From Planctomycetota bacterium (GTDB taxonomy: Bacteria > Planctomycetota > PLA2 > JAEUHO01), in assembly GCA_965223505.1 (NCBI GenBank), contig CBDCWP010000010.1:128001-192000 (forward strand): a stretch of DNA of 64,000 nt. Direction: 5' to 3'. The notes under the pieces are model-generated. The model saw only the letters and a list, made by a program, of their open reading frames with translations, had not been told where the DNA came from and did not search any database. Shown here piece after piece: positions 60,899 through 64,000 of the stretch. Position numbers and translations under genes: made by a program. Position 1 is the stretch's first letter; each line of letters opens with the position of its first letter.

Positions 60899-62124
60899 GC
60901 GTCGTCTCCGAAAGCCCGCACCGCCAAGACGGCGTTCTGTCCGCCGAACGCGAAGGAGTTGTTCAGCGCGGCGGTGACCACCGCTTGCCGGCTCGCGTCC
61001 GGGACGAGGTCCAGATCGCATGCCGGGTCCGGTTGCGTCAAGTTGCGTGTCGGCGGCACCGCGCCGCGGCGGATGGCGAGGACGCAGAAGATGAACGCGA
61101 CGCCGGCCGCGGCCGAGAGCAGATGGCCGATCGCGCCCTTGCCGGACGACACGGCCAACGCGGCGGCGTGATCCCCGAACACCGTGTGGATCGCCCGGAC
61201 CTCGGCGGGGTCGTTGCGCTTCGTCCCGGTCCCGTGGGCGTTGACGAACTGGACCTCGCTCGGCGCGAGTCCGCCGTCGCGCAGCGCGGCGTCCATGGCT
61301 TCCGCGGCGCCGCGGCCGTCCGGCGGCGGTGCGGTCGTGCGATAGGCGTCCAGCGAGGAGCCGTAGCCGGCCACCTCGGCGTAGATGCGCGCCCCACGGG
61401 CGCGGGCGTGTTCGAGCTCCTCGAGCACGACGCAGCCGGCGCCCTCGCCCATGACCAGCCCCGAGCGCTTGCGGTCGAACGGCTTGCAGGCCGCGGCCGG
61501 ATCGTCCCCGACCGAAGCGGAGGCGCCCAGCAGCACGAAGAAGACGAGTCCCAGCGGGTTGATCATCGAGTCCGCGCCGCCGGCGATCATCCAGTCCGTC
61601 TCGCCCCGGCGAATGCTGCGAAACGCGGCGCCGAGCGCCTGGTTGGACGCGGAGCAGGCCGTGGTCACCGCGTGCACCGGACCGCCGAGACCCAATTCCC
61701 GGGCCAACAGTACGGCCGGCAGCTCCGCCGTGTTGCGGATCAGACTCTCCGGATGGACCGCCGCCGCATCGTCGACGCCGACGTCCTCGAGCCGGTGGAC
61801 GCCGGGGCCGGAACCCAGGATCACGCCGGCCCGGTCGTGCGCCCCGCGTTCGATGCCGGCGTCGGCAGCCGCGTTCGTTCCGGCGGCGACGCCGAACAGC
61901 GTGCGCAGATCGCATGCCGCGGCGGCAGGCAGGGAGGTGCGCAGGCGCTCGACCACGGCGTCGTCGACCTCGCCGACCGCGCCCGTGGGGGGGCGCGTCG
62001 CACCGTGCCGCCGCGACGCCGTGACGCCCGCGTCTCCGCCCAGCATGCGCTCCCACACCGTGTCCACGTCGTCTCCGAACGGTGTGACCAGCCCCAGCCC
62101 TGTGATGACCACGCGCCGGCTCAT
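60895..62124 (-). CDS. Beta-ketoacyl-ACP synthase (FabF-like), intact Cys-His-His
   Basis: TTACSAS, PFDRKRSG..MGEG, NAHGTGT, IGHLLSAA, NSFAFGGQN. Confidence 0.93.
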   Translation of the reverse strand: MSRRVVITGLGLVTPFGDDVDTVWERMLGGDAGVTASRRHGATRPPTGAVGEVDDAVVERLRTSLPAAAACDLRTLFGVAAGTNAAADAGIERGAHDRAGVILGSGPGVHRLEDVGVDDAAAVHPESLIRNTAELPAVLLARELGLGGPVHAVTTACSASNQALGAAFRSIRRGETDWMIAGGADSMINPLGLVFFVLLGASASVGDDPAAACKPFDRKRSGLVMGEGAGCVVLEELEHARARGARIYAEVAGYGSSLDAYRTTAPPPDGRGAAEAMDAALRDGGLAPSEVQFVNAHGTGTKRNDPAEVRAIHTVFGDHAAALAVSSGKGAIGHLLSAAAGVAFIFCVLAIRRGAVPPTRNLTQPDPACDLDLVPDASRQAVVTAALNNSFAFGGQNAVLAVRAFGDDA

Positions 62125-62564
62125 GCGCCGAGGACCCCGCCGTAGTACGCGAACCGCTTCCGCAGGACGTCGGGTTCGGGATGGGGGAGATGACCGTACA
62201 AGACCCGGCCGATGCGCGCGACCTCGACCCCGTCGACCTCAGCCCACGCGTGCCCGATCGACCCCTTGGGGTTCGTGCCCCGTAGCTCGCCGAAGAGCGT
62301 CAGCGTGCGCCCGGGACCGATCTCGGGGACCACCTCGACGTCCTCCAGCACCGAGAGAACGACCATGAGCGTGTAGTCGTGGCGGTGGATCGCGAGCCAA
62401 CCGAGGAGCTGCACCATCGCCTCGATGATCAGCGACGACGGCACGAGCGCCCTGCGATCGAAGTGGCCGCGCAGGTACTCCTCGGAGATCGACAGTGACT
62501 TCACGCCCTCGATGCGGTTGCCGGGCTCGAAACGGGTGACGCGGTCGAAGAGAAGGAATCTCAC
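62121..62564 (-). CDS. Second FabZ-like dehydratase (divergent)
   Basis: FLLFDRV, GHFDRRALVPSSLIIEAMVQ; GTGA overlap. Confidence 0.8.
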   Translation of the reverse strand: MRFLLFDRVTRFEPGNRIEGVKSLSISEEYLRGHFDRRALVPSSLIIEAMVQLLGWLAIHRHDYTLMVVLSVLEDVEVVPEIGPGRTLTLFGELRGTNPKGSIGHAWAEVDGVEVARIGRVLYGHLPHPEPDVLRKRFAYYGGVLGA

Positions 62565-63511
62565 GGCGACTCCAACAGGATCGCAGCGCAACCGCCGTGG
62601 CTGGCCCGCGTGAGCACGAGCGCGCTGCCCGCGCCGGTCGCGTGGAAGTGGTCCACGCAGGCGACGAGATCGACGAGCGGTTCCGCCGCGCCGCGGCTCG
62701 AGCGCACGGCGCCGCGTTGCTCGACCAGCGCATCGGCGAGGCCGTAGGCCTGGAGCTCGAACCACAGGTCCAGTGGCGCGCGGACGTGCCCGACGCTCTG
62801 CGGATCGCGTTCTCGAAGCACCGTGCGAATGGCGCGCGTGCAGGCGTCGCCGGAGCCGTACTCGAAGGTCGACGTTCCCGCGACGACGAAGGCCAGGGCA
62901 GCGACCCCTCGATCCTTCGCCGACGCCTCCGACTCGAGCACGCACGCCGCGCCCGCCTGCTCGCGTTCGGCCGGCTCACCCCGCAGCGCGTCCCGTAGCC
63001 GGGCGGGCGTCGTCAGGTCCTCGGACACGCCCGCGCACAGCGCGGCCTGTGCGGCGCCTTCGTCGATGGCGTGATGGGCTTCGATGAGCGCGCGCATGCC
63101 GGCATCGGACTCGCTGGCCAGGACGGCGTTGTCTCCGCGAATGCCGAGGTCGGTGGCGATCTGTCCCGCCGCGACGTTGTTCAGCATCGCGAGCGGCCAC
63201 AACGGGTGAATCGAACGGTACGCGCCCGCGAAGAAGCGGGCTTCGTCGATCCGCCCGTCCACGCGCGACGCGTCGGCGGCCGCGACGAGATCGTCGGCGC
63301 CGTCGACCATGCCCATGCCGAAGAAGAGCCCCACGCGGCGCGGGTCCAGCTCCTGCAGACGTCCCCGGCGGTACGCCTCCGGCGCGACCGTCTCCAACAT
63401 CCGACCGTGCGCGCCGAGAATGCGGAGCGCCGGATCGGCATCGACGTCCATCACGTCCGACGACGCCATGTCGCTTCGACACGCGGCCGTGATCGCGACG
63501 CGCCCGGCCAT
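62561..63511 (-). CDS. Short ketosynthase-like protein lacking catalytic Cys (chain-length-factor-like)
   Basis: HPLWPLAMLNNVAAGQI, GDNAVLASESDAG at the TAC position, AGAACVLE; no HGT. Confidence 0.72.
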   Translation of the reverse strand: MAGRVAITAACRSDMASSDVMDVDADPALRILGAHGRMLETVAPEAYRRGRLQELDPRRVGLFFGMGMVDGADDLVAAADASRVDGRIDEARFFAGAYRSIHPLWPLAMLNNVAAGQIATDLGIRGDNAVLASESDAGMRALIEAHHAIDEGAAQAALCAGVSEDLTTPARLRDALRGEPAEREQAGAACVLESEASAKDRGVAALAFVVAGTSTFEYGSGDACTRAIRTVLRERDPQSVGHVRAPLDLWFELQAYGLADALVEQRGAVRSSRGAAEPLVDLVACVDHFHATGAGSALVLTRASHGGCAAILLESP

Positions 63512-64000
63512 CAAGCAGCCGGTCCCAGGCACAGACAGCCGTTCTGCCCGCCGAACCCGAACGAACTGGAGAGCACGACCGAGTGTTCCATCTCGCGCGC
63601 CTCGTTGGGCACGTAGTCGAGGTCGCAGCGCCGGTCGGGAAACTCGTAGTTGATCGTGGGGAGCACCACGCCGTCGCGCATGCCGCGAAGGCTCAGGATC
63701 GCTTCGATCGCGCCCGCGGCGCCGATCGTGTGCCCGAGCATGCTCTTGTTGCTGGAGACAGGCACCCGCGCGGCGCGCCCGCCGATCACGCGCTTGATCG
63801 CGAGCGTCTCGACGGGGTCGTTGGTCGGTGTCGAGGTGCCGTGGGCGTTCACGTAGTCGACGTCGTCGGGCGTGAGCCCGGCGTCGCGGATCGCGCGCCG
63901 CATGGCGAGCACGGCCCCGTCGCCGCGCGGATGCACGTCGGTGATGCGATAGGCGTCGGCCGAGTCTCCGTATCCGAGGATCTCGCCGAGCGCGTCCACC
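63511..64000 (-). CDS. Beta-ketoacyl-ACP synthase (FabF-like), 5'-truncated by window edge
   Basis: [37 protein letters not shown]. Confidence 0.92.
   Translation of the reverse strand, partial: VDALGEILGYGDSADAYRITDVHPRGDGAVLAMRRAIRDAGLTPDDVDYVNAHGTSTPTNDPVETLAIKRVIGGRAARVPVSSNKSMLGHTIGAAGAIEAILSLRGMRDGVVLPTINYEFPDRRCDLDYVPNEAREMEHSVVLSSSFGFGGQNGCLCLGPAA

Noticed and set aside
58202..64000. Anammox ladderane biosynthesis
   Set aside because: No radical-SAM or other anammox markers are visible and the window encodes an aerobic respiratory chain; only a generic type II KS cluster is supported.

Overview
High-GC bacterial chromosomal DNA, gene-dense, with no rRNA, tRNA, CRISPR array or mobile element visible. 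Taxonomy cannot be fixed from sequence alone; the protein repertoire is compatible with an aerobic Planctomycetota-like organism (inference). Main content in order: (1) an alternative complex III operon (actABCDEF) running directly into an A2-type heme-copper oxidase operon (SCO, subunits I, III, IV, II with fused cytochrome c, heme O synthase), 1180-13931; (2) a patch at about 15.0-19.7 kb where two genes (a Gly-rich Ig-like lipoprotein and a sulfatase-like lipoprotein) carry about nine single-base frameshifts; (3) a PA14/beta-propeller/DUF1080 protein with a Gfo/Idh/MocA oxidoreductase and an MFS transporter; (4) lipid-related genes (DEGS-like desaturase, ceramidase-like protein, patatin fusion, NfeD-flotillin with a sigma54-like promoter), htpG and small regulators; (5) two genes that the ORF track splits at an in-frame UGA, each followed by a SECIS-like hairpin with a GGGU apex: an exported TlpA-like redoxin with a UGPC motif (57165-58148) and a small membrane protein of no family I can name (54585-54944), both candidate selenoproteins; (6) the 3' part of a type II FAS/PKS-like cluster with two ketosynthases, two Cys-less KS (CLF-like) proteins, two FabZ-like dehydratases, FabG and AcpS, running off the window end.
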